Source: Eledone cirrhosa
Taxonomy: Eukaryota
DNA: 64,000 nt
Assembly: GCA_964016885.1 (NCBI GenBank)
Contig: OZ024765.1
Location: forward strand, 15,252,001 to 15,316,000
Direction: 5' to 3'
Position numbers and translations under genes: made by a program. The notes beneath the pieces were generated by a model, which saw only the letters and a program-made list of their open reading frames with translations, was not told where the DNA came from and ran no database searches. Of the stretch, positions 27,301 to 42,779 are shown piece after piece (within the stretch, counting starts at the first letter, position 1; every line of letters starts with the position of its first letter).

Positions 27301-27507
27301 AACCAGTAAGACCCCGACGGCTGAACTCAAGCTGTTTCGACGGCTAATTCTGGACTAAATAAAAATGTTCATTTAGTCCAGAATTAGCCGTCGAAACGGC
27401 TTGAGCTCAGCCGTCGGGGTCTTACTGGTTCCTATTACCCACTCTACTACCTTAAGTATTGAGTACTTTGGTGCGTTATGATCCACCTGGTTCTTTACCA
27501 CATTTCC

Positions 27508-27741
<234 letters not shown>

Positions 27742-27984
27742 GGCGTGTAGCTGTGTGGTTAGAGAATTGGATTCACAATGTTGAGGTTGTGAGTTCGATT
27801 CCTGGACCAGGCGATGCGTTATGTCCTTGAGCAAGACACTTTATTTCACGTTGCTCTTCTACCTGGAGTTGCGACCGATAGATAGTACTAGCAACTGGAA
27901 AGACCAACGGAAACATTGTTTCCTCGGTCCGATTTCACGAAAGTCTATCGATCCTTTATATATATATATATAAATATATATATA

Positions 27985-28550
27985 TGATGGACTCTCCCGT
28001 CGATATCCGTCTATGGAGTATTCAACAAAATTTCAGCTCTCAGGATGGCGGTGTCTCATATGACATTTCAATCCCGCCAATGACCCACAGACCAAGCCAC
28101 ATATGTCGCAAGAGGAAGTGTTTATGTAGAGTCTTGCAGGCATCAAGGCCTGTTGCTTCATCCCTGTCCGGACAACATACAATTTCTCTATACGACTAGA
28201 TTAAAAGCCCTTAATTGCACTACGGCACCTTTCTCTCCAGTCCTTTCTGTCAGCAGCAACTTGTTCGCAATCACGGAAAGGGATTGCAGGAGCAGTGAGA
28301 TTTGATTTTAACTTATCCTTATATCGTAGCCACAGTCTAGGAAGCTCCCTAAGCTGACCATACGTGAGAACTTTTGGAATCCTGTCGTCACTCAGGATGA
28401 CCTGCCCAGACCAACGAAACTGAGATTGCATAAGGAAAGTTTCAATTCCTCCTATGTTGCATTCTGGGTAGGGCGTCGGCGTTGGAGATTTTATCTTCTC
28501 GTACATGACCATAGATAGATCGCAACAAACATTCCTTGTGGAACACGTCC
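27985..28550 (-). pseudogene. RTE (BovB-like) 3' end with C-terminal C2H2 finger and tail
   Basis: [36 protein letters not shown], then SCDICGLVCGSLAGLKCHMRHRH. Confidence 0.85.
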
Positions 28551-28570
28551 AGCATATGTATATAAATAGG

Positions 28571-28766
<196 letters not shown>

Positions 28767-29449
28767 TATGTATGTATATATATCTATGTGTGTGTATATA
28801 TATATGTGTATATATATATATGTATATATATGTGTATATATATATATATTTATATATGTATGTATATATATATATATACATGTACATGTGTATACATACA
28901 TATATATATACATGTCGATGTGTATACATACATATATGTATACATGTACATGTGTATACATCCATATATGTATACATGTACATGTGTATATATACATGTA
29001 TGTATGCATGTACATGTGTATACATATATATATATATATACATATATATTTCTATACATATATATACATGTATACATATATATATATATATGTATACATG
29101 TACATATACACACACACACACACACACGAATATATGTGTGTGTATATATATATACATTCCCATTGTACCCCACCCTTCCCCTCAAACTATCTTATTTCTC
29201 ATTTCTCTTCTGATGAAAAACTACCGTCAGAAACGTCAATACACTGTTCCTGCTATTGCAAGCGTTAATCTAATATATTCCTTCCATATACTGTACCGAT
29301 TGTGTTGTTATTTCTGTTTACCTTTTACATACATACATACATACACACACACACGTATATATATATATTTATACATATATATGCATATATATATACATAT
29401 ATATATATATATGCATATATACATATACACACACATATGTATATATATA

Positions 29450-29501
<52 letters not shown>

Positions 29502-29695
29502 TATATACATACACACTATATATATACATATATATATACATATATATACACATATATATGCATATACATACATACACATATTTATATACATATATATATA
29601 TATATATACATATGCATACATACATATACATATATATATATATATACACAAATGTATATATACATATATATGTACACATATATATATATATATGT

Positions 29696-29746
<51 letters not shown>

Positions 29747-29798
29747 TATATATATATCCTTATCACAGCAATAATTCCAATCCATTATTACATTATAG

Positions 29799-29931
29799 AT
29801 TCACAATCTGCGCCATTTCTCTTGAATATCAAGGAATGGCTCCACAGAAACCACTTCAGAATTATTTCAAAAGTTTTCTTGAAAGAAGCGAACTTCTCGA
29901 AAACATGAAAAGGGGCATGGCATACTCGTAA
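29799..29931 (+). CDS. Candidate terminal exon ([43 protein letters not shown])
   Basis: ttatag acceptor, phase-2 open frame of protein-like composition ending TAA; phase-compatible with exon 15724-15772; AATAAA at ~30587 and ~30752. Confidence 0.4.
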
Positions 29932-30099
29932 TTTTTACGAGATTTGATACAGTAGTTGTTGTAATTTAAAGACATATCGCTCTCTCTCTCAATCTTTGTA
30001 TACGTTTCGAAATGAAGAAGATACTCCGCCCTGGAAGGAGGCTGAAAGAGAAGGGAAACTGCTGTAAAGTTTGTGAAATATAAGATAAATTGATAGCGA

Positions 30100-30368
30100 G
30101 CTGACTGCGCTGGTATGGACATGTGACGCGTGTTTGTAGATGGTGAACTCTTACAAGTTTAGAGGAACTGCCTGGGACGTGAGAGGAAATATATGATACA
30201 TTTTTAAATGGGAAGACTGCGGAGGTATGGACATGTGACGCGCGTGCGTGTGTGGTTGATAAACTATTAGACGGGTAGAGGAACTGGTGGGATAATAACG
30301 GGAGTATAAGATAAAGTCTTAGTGAGATGACTGCGCTGGTATGGACATGTGACGCATGTTTGTAGATG
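30100..30368 (+). repeat. Three diverged ~113-bp tandem copies of an RTE 'RLRWYGHVTR' segment
   Basis: GACTGCG..GGTATGGACATGTGACGC at ~30103, 30215 and 30329. Confidence 0.7.
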
Positions 30369-30421
30369 TGTATGTAGTACTTATGTGTATGTATATATGT
30401 GTGTGTACTTATGTATGTATG

Positions 30422-30485
<64 letters not shown>

Positions 30486-31137
30486 ATATGTGTGTGTGTG
30501 TGTACGTATGCATACTTACATTTACGTATCAGCTGTGCTAAGCCGAGAAAGAAAATTGTAATTATATATATATATATATCATGTATAATAAACAATACAA
30601 TATAATTACCGCATTACCAGAGGTTTCTCGAATAAGGCGAATACAAGAAACTTCCTCATTCGTTCGTCAGACAAGGCAGTTTAAAACAGTGAAATATTTA
30701 AAAAAATCTCCTCAAGAAAGGCAAAAGTTTAACGGGCAAAAAAAATGTATAAATAAAAGTAATGCAAGAGATATATAAAAAAAATAAAATAAGGAAATAA
30801 AGTAAGGTATGTGTATAAATGTGTGTATATGCACCTACAAATGTACATATGTGTGTATGTACAAATGCATGCGTATAGTGATAAAATGTGTGCGTAAGTA
30901 CATATATGACGGCAAGCATATCAGTGTGTATATAATATATGTTGAAAAAAGAAATTGTAAGATAATAGAGTTAGCGTACATACAGACTCAGGGACTAAGG
31001 ATTAAGGATGGAAACCTCTGGTAATGAGGTAATTATATTGTATTGTTTATTTATTATACTTTAAATTTAGCTCTGTAACTTATATAGAGCACTCTTCACT
31101 CCTGTGACTTTTTCAATTTTCAACGGAAACTTCAATA

Positions 31138-31200
<63 letters not shown>

Positions 31201-31753
31201 ATACTAGGAAATAATAGACAAACACATCCCTAAATGTGTATGTATATTATTTTTTCTACATTTTCACACTCATCTCTCACCACATTCGCCCGCCCGACTC
31301 CTCATATAATCAGGCTCGCTCATCAAATGACACAGCATATAACTATATCCATCCCCATACGTACCCCCACCTAACTACATACATTTCCTAACCCCAAACC
31401 CCAGTTCCAACTCACCTCCACCCCCAAAAAATCATGAGCTATTTAGCGTTTGATTCCAAGTCTTAACACGAAAACGAAAAACGTAAAATACCACACATCG
31501 CATACACACAGTCAATGCCTCCTACACTACTACCAGCAATAACAACAACAGCAAGAGCATGAACAAAACAAGGCATCCTTCTACAGACACTGCAAGTTTT
31601 ACTCAACATGGCGACTCTTAGTAGATTCAAATAGTCTTCGCTTATTTCTTCTCTCGTTCATTCATCAGTGAAGTCATTTCTCGAACGCTGTTTCATCAGA
31701 TTTTACTATAATTTACAATAATATAAATACATATGTATGTATGTATATATATG

Positions 31754-31840
<87 letters not shown>

Positions 31841-31899
31841 TTGTATATATATGTGTGTGTGTGTGTGTTTGTATATATATGTATATATATGTAAATATA

Positions 31900-31948
<49 letters not shown>

Positions 31949-32250
31949 ATATATGTATATGTTTATATATATATGTATATATGTATATGTTGTGTGTTTA
32001 TATATATATATATGTATATATATATATGTATATATATATGTATATGTATATATATATATATGTATATATATATGTATATGTATATATATATGTTTATATA
32101 TATATATGTGTATATATATGTATTTATATATATGTATATATATATGTGTATGTGTGTATATATATATATGTATATGTATATATATATATATGTGTATATA
32201 TATATGGGTATATATATATATTTATATATATATATATATATATATGTACG

Positions 32251-32281
<31 letters not shown>

Positions 32282-32412
32282 GTGTATATATATATATATA
32301 GGTATATATATATATATGTGTGTATATATATGTGTATATATATATGTGTATATATGTGTATATATATAGATATATATATATATATACATATATATACACA
32401 CACATCTCTATA

Positions 32413-32470
<58 letters not shown>

Positions 32471-32500
32471 CAAATATATATATATATATGTATATATATA

Positions 32501-32536
<36 letters not shown>

Positions 32537-32620
32537 TATATATATACATATATATATATATATGTGTGTACATATATATACATATACATATATATATATA
32601 TATATATATAAATATATATA

Positions 32621-32699
<79 letters not shown>

Positions 32700-32707
32700 G
32701 TGTGTAC

Positions 32708-32739
<32 letters not shown>

Positions 32740-32885
32740 GTGTGTACATATATATATATATATATATATACATATATATATACATATACATATATATATA
32801 TACACACATACACATATATATATACATATATATATATATATGTGTACACATATATGTACATCATATATATGTACATATATATATA

Positions 32886-32941
<56 letters not shown>

Positions 32942-32983
32942 TATGTATATATGTACATATATATATATATGTGTGTACATATA

Positions 32984-33022
<39 letters not shown>

Positions 33023-34121
33023 ACATATATATACATATATGCAACATATCCTTACTTTTAAAATCAATTGTCCTTACTTCCCTCAATCTTCTGATAAAAT
33101 CATCAATGCATTATCGTATTTTCTACGTTTTTCTTGTTTGTTTTATTTTTCCTATTATATTTTTTCATTTTATTTCATGAGCCAAAGTATGGCCGTGTGT
33201 TTAAAGTGTTCTCTCTTCTTAATTATTAGATACCGAGTTTTAAGGTTTCGTGTTCGTCCCCAAACGCCAGGCGTCGTAGTCAGATGCCACTTGTGAATGT
33301 CTATATCACGAGAATTTATAAATATTTAACAATATATATATATATATATATGTATGTATGTGTGTGTGTGTATGTGTGTGTGTATGTATGCATACATCTT
33401 TGTGTGTATGTATGTATGTTCATTGTATATATTTCATTAAACATATATTTCACCATTAATCCGTAAATCACAGTAGTCAAATCACGGATTTTCAACAAGG
33501 GATAAGATTTAACTATCTGTGTTTACACAGCAAAGGCGAATCTGCGAATAACTATTAGCACTTGTTGCATCATCCCAGTGGCGTGAATAGGATTAGCGAC
33601 AGCTAGAAATAGTAACCGAGTCCTTTTAACTGAGTTAGCTCTACAATTAAGAGGCTGTATATATATATATATCCAAAATCAAATTAAGGATGTCATGTCG
33701 GAGACATGCGCCATATCCACTGTAGAATATGCTCCACGATTCCAATGAATAGATCCGAGCATTTTATATCAACTAGAAATTGATTGACATATATATATAT
33801 CTAAAATAAACACATGAAACATTCACAGGGGATAATTTGTAAAGTGTGTAAGCACACACAGCTAGGTATGTAACTAATTAAAGTTTAACTAGAATTTCAA
33901 ATATAGATACCTTTGAAAATGATTAATCTTCCTTGTATGTATTTCATTAAAGAAATATATTTCACCATTAATCTGTAAATCACAGTAGTCAAAACCCCGT
34001 ATTTTCAACAAGGGAGAAGATCTAACTATCTGTGTTTACACAGCAAATGCAAATCTGCGAATGACCCGTCGCACGTGTTGCATTTTTTTAAAAATACACA
34101 CATCGTACCAGCGTCATCCGA

Positions 34122-34195
<74 letters not shown>

Positions 34196-34394
34196 TTATA
34201 TATATATACATACGCTCATACACACACACACACACATATATACATACGTTGTCCCAGATTATTGTTCTTATTAACATATTTAATTGACTTATGTACGTTT
34301 CACTAATGAAAGTATGTAGAAAGGATAGTCCATTCCAGTAAGACTAATTCATCAGAATGAAATAAAATAATATACATTACACAAACACAATCAC

Positions 34395-34745
34395 ACAGTG
34401 AGCTTCTGTATTTTACGTCCGCTAAATTATACTCACAAGGCATTAGTTAACTCTTGGCTATGGAATTAGCATCGTAACCACGGTACCATGCAGCTGAACA
34501 GAACCCAAAACCACACGGACGAGGACCCGACTCCATAACCACGCCGCAAGTAAATAACACTTTCATAAACCGGGAACGGCAGGTTTCACTGACAAGGCAT
34601 TAGTAAAAAGAAAAAAGGAAAAAAAAACCGGGGCTTCTTAAAAAAACACCTACTCAAGCTGCCACTGACAGGAGGACTGAACTGAGCTCCAAACCACGTG
34701 ATTTCATTTGCGATTCGAACTTCATAACCCTCATAGCCATGCATG
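34395..34745 (-). mobile_element. Old, fragmented SINE copies
   Basis: Degenerate CTCACAAGGCATTAG...GAACCCAAAACCAC...CATAACCAC motifs resembling a common Octopus SINE (from recall). Confidence 0.5.
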
Positions 34746-35429
34746 CGTTTATCTTTTCGTTAAAACGAATTTCATCCGTCATTTTGACAGCAGAAAACGA
34801 TGAAAAATGATCTAATGCTTCCTCTCATTTGGATAAAATCTGCACGAATCAACTTTACCTCTCATCTTTATCCCATTTTCTTATAATCTGCCTTTTTTTT
34901 TCTTCCCTATCAATCCATTTTTGGTTCAATTATAAAAATAGAACACGTTTCTCCATGGATCCAAGTTACATCATATAAAAAAATTCTAGCCCCCCCAAAA
35001 CCAACATGGATATCATCTTTTTCATTTTTTTTCAGTCGTTTATTTATATTTTATTTCGATTTTTTTTTCACTTTCTTTTTTTTTTTCTTTCTTTCTTTAT
35101 TTCTTTCTTTCTTTATTGTGGTTATATATTTACAACATCTAAGCTGCTAAAGAGTCCAATCTGTAGAAGTTTGATTTTCAGAGCGATTTCTCACTTTCAT
35201 CTTTTTATAGATTGTGCAACATAATCCCATTTTTTTCTTTCTGTGATCGATGTTGTATCGATAAAATAAAGTACTAGTCCAGTATTGGGCGCTGGTTTGA
35301 TGGATTGTCCTCTCCCTCCAAATTACTGGTCTTGCGCCTAAAGTAAATAATTCGATTCAGGGCCCAGGATTGGCAGATTCGTTAGGGCATCGGACAAGAT
35401 GCTTTTCGGTATTTAGTTCCAGTATTGTA

Positions 35430-35496
<67 letters not shown>

Positions 35497-35499
<3 letters not shown>

Positions 35500-35690
35500 A
35501 GGTCACCCTTGAGTGCTACTGGTAGCATGTAACCCAGTACAACCTTTCGCATGGTCGGGTTGTCGGCCACTAAACTGGCAACTCCACCAAGTTTACTTGG
35601 TGAGGAGGGTGATTTTGGACACCCTGCAGGACAAAAAACAAGACCTGACAAAGGGCGGAAGAACTCATGAGTCAACGGACATCTAGGAAA
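35497..35690 (+). mobile_element. RTE-type 5' end immediately after (TA)n
   Basis: GTCAGGTCACCCTTGAGTGCTACTGGTAGCATGTAACCCAGTAC... shared with 19563 and the minus-strand copies ending at 5185 and 5635. Confidence 0.65.
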
Positions 35691-36183
35691 GAAAAGAATC
35701 CTGCCAAATAAATGGGTGGCAGCAGTTCCAGCTGCACGCATCAAAAACTGGTGTAGTGGTTCCGAGAACAATGCGGCTTTGCAAATGGTCAATGCAAATT
35801 GGCAATGGAAAGGTACACTAGCTCTAGTTATTTCAAATCCCACCGAGGTTAGATTTGCCTTTCATATTTGCCGAAGGCGATAAAATAAAGTACAAGTCGA
35901 GCACGTCAAATCGGACAACATCTTAAATTACAATAATACCAGCAGTGTACTGGGGTCCATCGACAAGATATCAGACCTCATTCGCTGGCCGAGTGTTGTG
36001 GAGCTCGTCAAATCGGACAACATTTAAAATTACAATAATTGAAGAACAATTAAAAGAATAATTTCCTGGTTAAAACCTTTTACTGGCTGTGACAGCATTG
36101 AATAGTTTAGTAGTAGTGGTAGTGGTGGCAGTGGTGGTGGTAATAGTGGTGGTGGTGGTGGTAGTGGTAGTGGTGGTGGTGGC

Positions 36184-36235
<52 letters not shown>

Positions 36236-36427
36236 TTCGTAGCAGCAGTAGTGGTATTGGTACTAGTGGTAGTGGTGGTAATAGTGTTGGTTGTAGTAGT
36301 GGTGGTAGTAATTGTAGTAGTAGTAGTGGAGGTAGTATAACAAAGTAGTATTAACATATATTTCTGTGAGGTGGTATTGGTGGTAGTAGTAGCAGTAGTA
36401 GTAGTAGTAGTAGTAACGTTAGTAGCT

Positions 36428-36505
<78 letters not shown>

Positions 36506-36942
36506 ATAACGTTAGTAGCTGTAGTAGTAGTAGTGGTAGTAGTAGTAGTAACATATATTTCTTTTAGAAATAGACCAAGATAAATATCTAACAGGTGTAT
36601 ATGATATCAAATCACATATGTACACAAACATATACACACACACACACGTATATGTACACCCACATATACATATATACGCGCACACACGTACATGCACATA
36701 CACACACACGCACACACATACACATATACATATATATACACACGCAATTCAACATACATCCACACACACACACATATACACGCACTTGCACGCGCACATA
36801 CACGCGCGCAACTCCACACACTTCCACACACACATATACCGCTGCGCACCTTCACACACCCATATACATACACACACACACATACACCTCCACCTACTTC
36901 CAAACACTAACAAACATGCACAGTTCTATATATACATATCCA

Positions 36943-37180
36943 AGTCTAAAGTTTTTCCCGAACCTCAAGGCTCATTTGGCCGGTGCTTGTGCCGGCTACA
37001 TGGCGTGTAGGACACCAGTCCATCGCAGGGTTAAACCCCCAACTATTATTTTGAGCTGAGTACACTGGAGCAACGTGAAATGAAGTGTATTGCTCAAGAA
37101 CACAACTCGTAACCCAGAAATCGAACCCACAACATATGATCATAAGCCCCAAAGCCTTACCACTAGGCCACACTAGCTCC
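36943..37180 (-). mobile_element. tRNA-CORE SINE with a V-like domain; plus-strand relative at 53880-54355 has its 117-bp tail triplicated
   Basis: B-box GGTTCGATTTC, CORE-like segment and CCTGCGATGGACTGGTGTCC. Confidence 0.75.
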
Positions 37181-37256
37181 ACACATATATATATATATAT
37201 ATATATAGAAGGAGCTTCTACAGGACTAGTACTGTTTCATTCAGATGAAATCTTCA

Positions 37257-37311
37257 GGAGCTTCCTGAAGATTTCATCTGAATGAAACAGTACTAGTCCT
37301 GTAGAAGCTCC
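37257..37311 (+). ncRNA. Complete type I hammerhead ribozyme (family A); predicted cleavage 3' of A37303 (GUA)
   Basis: Stem I GGAGCUUC/GAAGCUCC (8 bp perfect), CUGAAGA, stem II U-UUC-aucu-GAA-U, GAAA, stem III ACAG/CUGU with loop uACUAGUc. Confidence 0.85.
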
Positions 37312-37723
37312 TTCTATAAAATAAATTTTTTTTTACTCTGCCATGTATTGAGTACCTTACTTACTGTGGTTTTCCCCGACTCAACCCGGGACCTACGTAT
37401 ATATATATATATATATATATATATACTATTAATAATGAGTTCAAATTTCAGGTAGTCCTTTACAATGAAATAGCTCAAAGAAAGAAGTATTTCTGAGCCG
37501 TGTATTACAAGTTAATATAAATTAATATATTTGATAAACACAAATACCAACATATCCATGTTGGTATTTGTGTTTATCAAATATATTAATATATTAATTT
37601 ATATTCACTTGTATTATATATATATATCAGATAGGGTGTGATAAAACACCAGGTGGACTATAACCCATCAGAGTACTCGGTACTGGGTTAGTAGAGTGGG
37701 TAGCTGTCGAATCGACCGGAGCT

Positions 37724-37771
<48 letters not shown>

Positions 37772-38841
37772 CGAAGGAAATGTGGTAAGGAACCAGGTGG
37801 ACCATAACGCACCAAAGTACTCAATACTTGAGGTAGTAGAGTGGGTAATAGGAACCAGTAAGACCCCGACAGCTGAGCTCAAGCCGTTTCGACGGCTAAT
37901 TCTGGACTAAATGAAAATTTATGATAAATTAATATATGATAAATTTATGATAAATTTTCATTTAGTCCAGAATTAGCCGTCGAAACGGCTTGAGCTCAGC
38001 TGTCGGGGTCTTACTGGTTCCTATATATATATATATATATATATGACAGACAACCCCATCGTATATCGACGAATGAGGGTTCAACAGTCTTCACAGAACA
38101 TTTTTATGGTTATGCCTTAAATGGCACTTGAGTCCAGCTGCTGATTTATCCATCATGCCACATTTAGTTCAGATAGCAGGATTTAAAGACGCAACCCACG
38201 TTATATAATTTTACATTTACATGTACACTTAAAATATACAACAATAGGGAAAAACTTCATACAAAATGAATTACAAATTGGTTGTTGTTTTTCTTTTAAT
38301 AGGTAGGAATGCAGAAATAAGCATGATATGACTTTGAACTGACCGGTTTTGCAGCAAGTAAGTTATCAAAGTTTAATATTACAGTTTACATTTGAGCTGC
38401 CGTTGTGTATTTCTTTTACTATGTATTATTATGTTCTTTTAATATGTATTATTATGTTTTTTACTATGTATTATTTTCTTTCAATATGTATTATAAAGTT
38501 TATATATATGTGTCGATGTGGTTAATGAGTTCGCTCCCTATTTGTGTGGTTTTATGTACATTCCTACCCCACGGCACCGTGATTAAATCTGGTTCCTACA
38601 CACACACACACACACACGTGTGTGTGTGAATGGTTATAGAGATGGAATCACAATCGTGAGATAATACGTTCGATTCCAGGGATGGGTGAGGCGTTGTAAC
38701 TTCAGCAAGACACTTTATGATTATGGTCATCAAATTACTTGGCATATTAATATATTAATATATATTTTTGTTGACTTTTACCGGTTTCATCTTTGTCTAC
38801 AAACTTACCAAAAAGCTTTTCATTGCAGTCTATAGGGAAAT

Positions 38842-38940
<99 letters not shown>

Positions 38941-38973
38941 CATATATGTATATATATATATATATATATATGT

Positions 38974-39063
<90 letters not shown>

Positions 39064-39102
39064 ATACTTGGGAGGGCCATGTTGCCAATAAGAATCCTGG
39101 TA

Positions 39103-39183
<81 letters not shown>

Positions 39184-39212
39184 CATATATGTATATATAT
39201 ATATATATATAC

Positions 39213-39365
<153 letters not shown>

Positions 39366-39387
39366 TTTATATATACATATATATACA

Positions 39388-39535
<148 letters not shown>

Positions 39536-39608
39536 TATATATATATATTGTTATACTTTGGGAGGGCCATGTTGCCAATAAGAATCCTGGTAAACAAATT
39601 CAGAAACG

Positions 39609-39663
<55 letters not shown>

Positions 39664-39736
39664 TATACATATATATACATATATATACATATATATATAC
39701 ATATATATATACATATATATATACATATATATATAC

Positions 39737-39809
<73 letters not shown>

Positions 39810-39810
39810 C

Positions 39811-39901
<91 letters not shown>

Positions 39902-39928
39902 CATATATATACATATATATATATATAC

Positions 39929-39963
<35 letters not shown>

Positions 39964-39978
39964 CATGTATACATATAC

Positions 39979-40011
<33 letters not shown>

Positions 40012-40202
40012 CATATATATATGATAAAGAACACAAGAGCGTCTACAACATCAAAAGATTTTTATTGGCTTACAATGTTTCTTCCTTACGTAACCGTAGG
40101 GTTCGTCAGAGCTATAAAAGGGGTTTCATTGGTGTTATATATAAATATACATATATATATATATATACATACATATATATATATATACACATATATATAT
40201 AT

Positions 40203-40296
<94 letters not shown>

Positions 40297-40678
40297 TAAA
40301 AATATTGATAGAGAGTTAAGTGAAGGCCCGTGTCTGACTGATTAGAGAATTGAATTCGCAATCTTCCCAATGTGAGTTCGATTACCGGCGATACGTCATG
40401 TCCTAGAGTAAGACACTTTATCTCAATTGCTCCTTCTACTTGGATTTTCGACCGGTAGATAGTATTAATTGGAAATACCAAGACAGATGAAACATTGTTT
40501 CCCCTGTCAGATTTGACAAGCACTGGTATCATGTCGATCGACTGTCGATACATCATTTTTATCTGGTAGCTATTTTTAACATTTTTGTTAGATTTTAATA
40601 TGATACTGTAATGTACCATCTGTTCTTACATTCTATACATAATATCTCAAGCTAAAATTTGATATGTTCTATTGTACG

Positions 40679-40737
<59 letters not shown>

Positions 40738-41022
40738 GTGTGTGTGTGTGTCTTTCACTATTTTGTAATGATTAAATGTTCAGATTTATTCCTTGAATTT
40801 TTCTTTTAGCTTATTCTCAAGGCGCATGTTCGAGATTATCTCAAACATGACATAATTTAAAATGTATATATATATAGTAGAATTACGTTTAAAATTATAA
40901 AATTATAAAATTGGTTTCAGAAGATCCCGTTAAGGGTGAAAGCAGTGATTCTTTGCTTAAACGTTAATCTGTTCTCATCATAAATATTTGCTCTACGGGT
41001 TTATATATATATATATATATAT

Positions 41023-41067
<45 letters not shown>

Positions 41068-41106
41068 CTTTATTGAGCCTCTTCGTATTTTAATCTTGAC
41101 ATTTAT

Positions 41107-41174
<68 letters not shown>

Positions 41175-41951
41175 AATGTAATCTGAGTTTTTCGAATATT
41201 AATAATAATATTCGATTCGTTTGCTGTTATGCAAACAGCCTATTTTTTAAAGCAAAGTCAGTAGAATGATTCCGTAAAACACACACACATTATTGCCCTT
41301 GTGTTGGCATGTAAACAGAACTGAAGACACCAGTTTTCTGGGCATTACCCTTCATCAGTAGAGTTCACTGTTGACTTGTCAGGGCTAGTGAAAATATAAG
41401 ATATTTTGTAAAATATACACTGACTGATCAGACTGATTTGCATATTAGCAGACTGGCTGATCAGCCAGCTCTGCATATTAGTAGATCAACTGATGAGCCA
41501 GGTTTGCATATGAGCAGACACGCCAGTAAGTTTCCTGTATACGAGCGATTAATGTATTCAGCCATGGAGAGCGATATATATGTTCTTTTTTTTCTTTTTT
41601 TCGCCTTAGCAAGGAAGATGGGGAAAAAACTTACTCCAACACTTAATTTTAAACCATTAATTTTTAGATTTTAATTCCTATAAATTCTTTATAATTGCAA
41701 TACTCAACATTTGATAAGATGAATTTTAATAATACATCGAAACCGGTAATATTTTATATACTTTATATTCTTTATATACATTATAATACTTTTTTTTTAA
41801 CGAATTGTCCCTCTGATCTTTTCAATAATGTCATTTTGACGAATCAAAGAAAGGAAAAAAAAAAAGAAAAACAGACCCTAAAATATATTTTCCGTGCTAT
41901 TTCCAACTTCACCTTTTCTATATATCTGTCTTGTATAGAAACTTACTTCCC

Positions 41952-42002
<51 letters not shown>

Positions 42003-42316
42003 GAATAATCGAGTATCGGAAAATCAGCTCACGAATTTACGATAAACAAAATCCGACATGAGTGGCAGAGGGCTCAATAATTCAGATAAATCAGAGCTAT
42101 AACTATCGTTAAGATACCAACACACAAAGATTATGCCTAAAATCACCCGTGCAGCCGAAAAATTACGACCAGGAAGATTCGGGTCACTCAGATAAAATAT
42201 CAATAAATCAATAAAACATATGAATGTAAAAAACTTACCCGGACCCACTAGAAAGGTGGTAAATCTAGCTTCTTGGGTTTCTGCTATACCTTAATCCGCC
42301 CCCTATCAGCCCACAT

Positions 42317-42388
<72 letters not shown>

Positions 42389-42779
42389 CATCTTCTTCCA
42401 TTACATCTTCAAAGCTTCAAAGCCATCATCACCACAGTCAATGTTATCGACGCCATTCACGGCACCAGCAGAAAAAAATACTCTCACCACCACCACTATC
42501 ATCATCATCACCATCACCGTCATCATCGTTATATTTGTTAATACCATAGAAGGTGTGGCGGTGTGGAAGAACTCCATGCCCTATATAAATTTAACAGCAC
42601 GCCCTTCTCCCTCCTCTACAAAACACCATACCAACTTTTTCTTCTAGAGAATTCGAAAGAGTCCTCCATGAAATCTTTACTACCGAATTAATAATTGGTT
42701 CCACTTAAAAGGTTTTGTGAAGAATTTTCTAGTGTTTACATTCCACGCTCTTGATTTATATATGTGTGCGTGTGTGTGT

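Noticed and set aside
35497-35630. HDV-like ribozyme at the RTE 5' end
   Set aside because: Hairpins are present, but I could not assign P1/P1.1/P2/P3 or the catalytic C; left as an open check.
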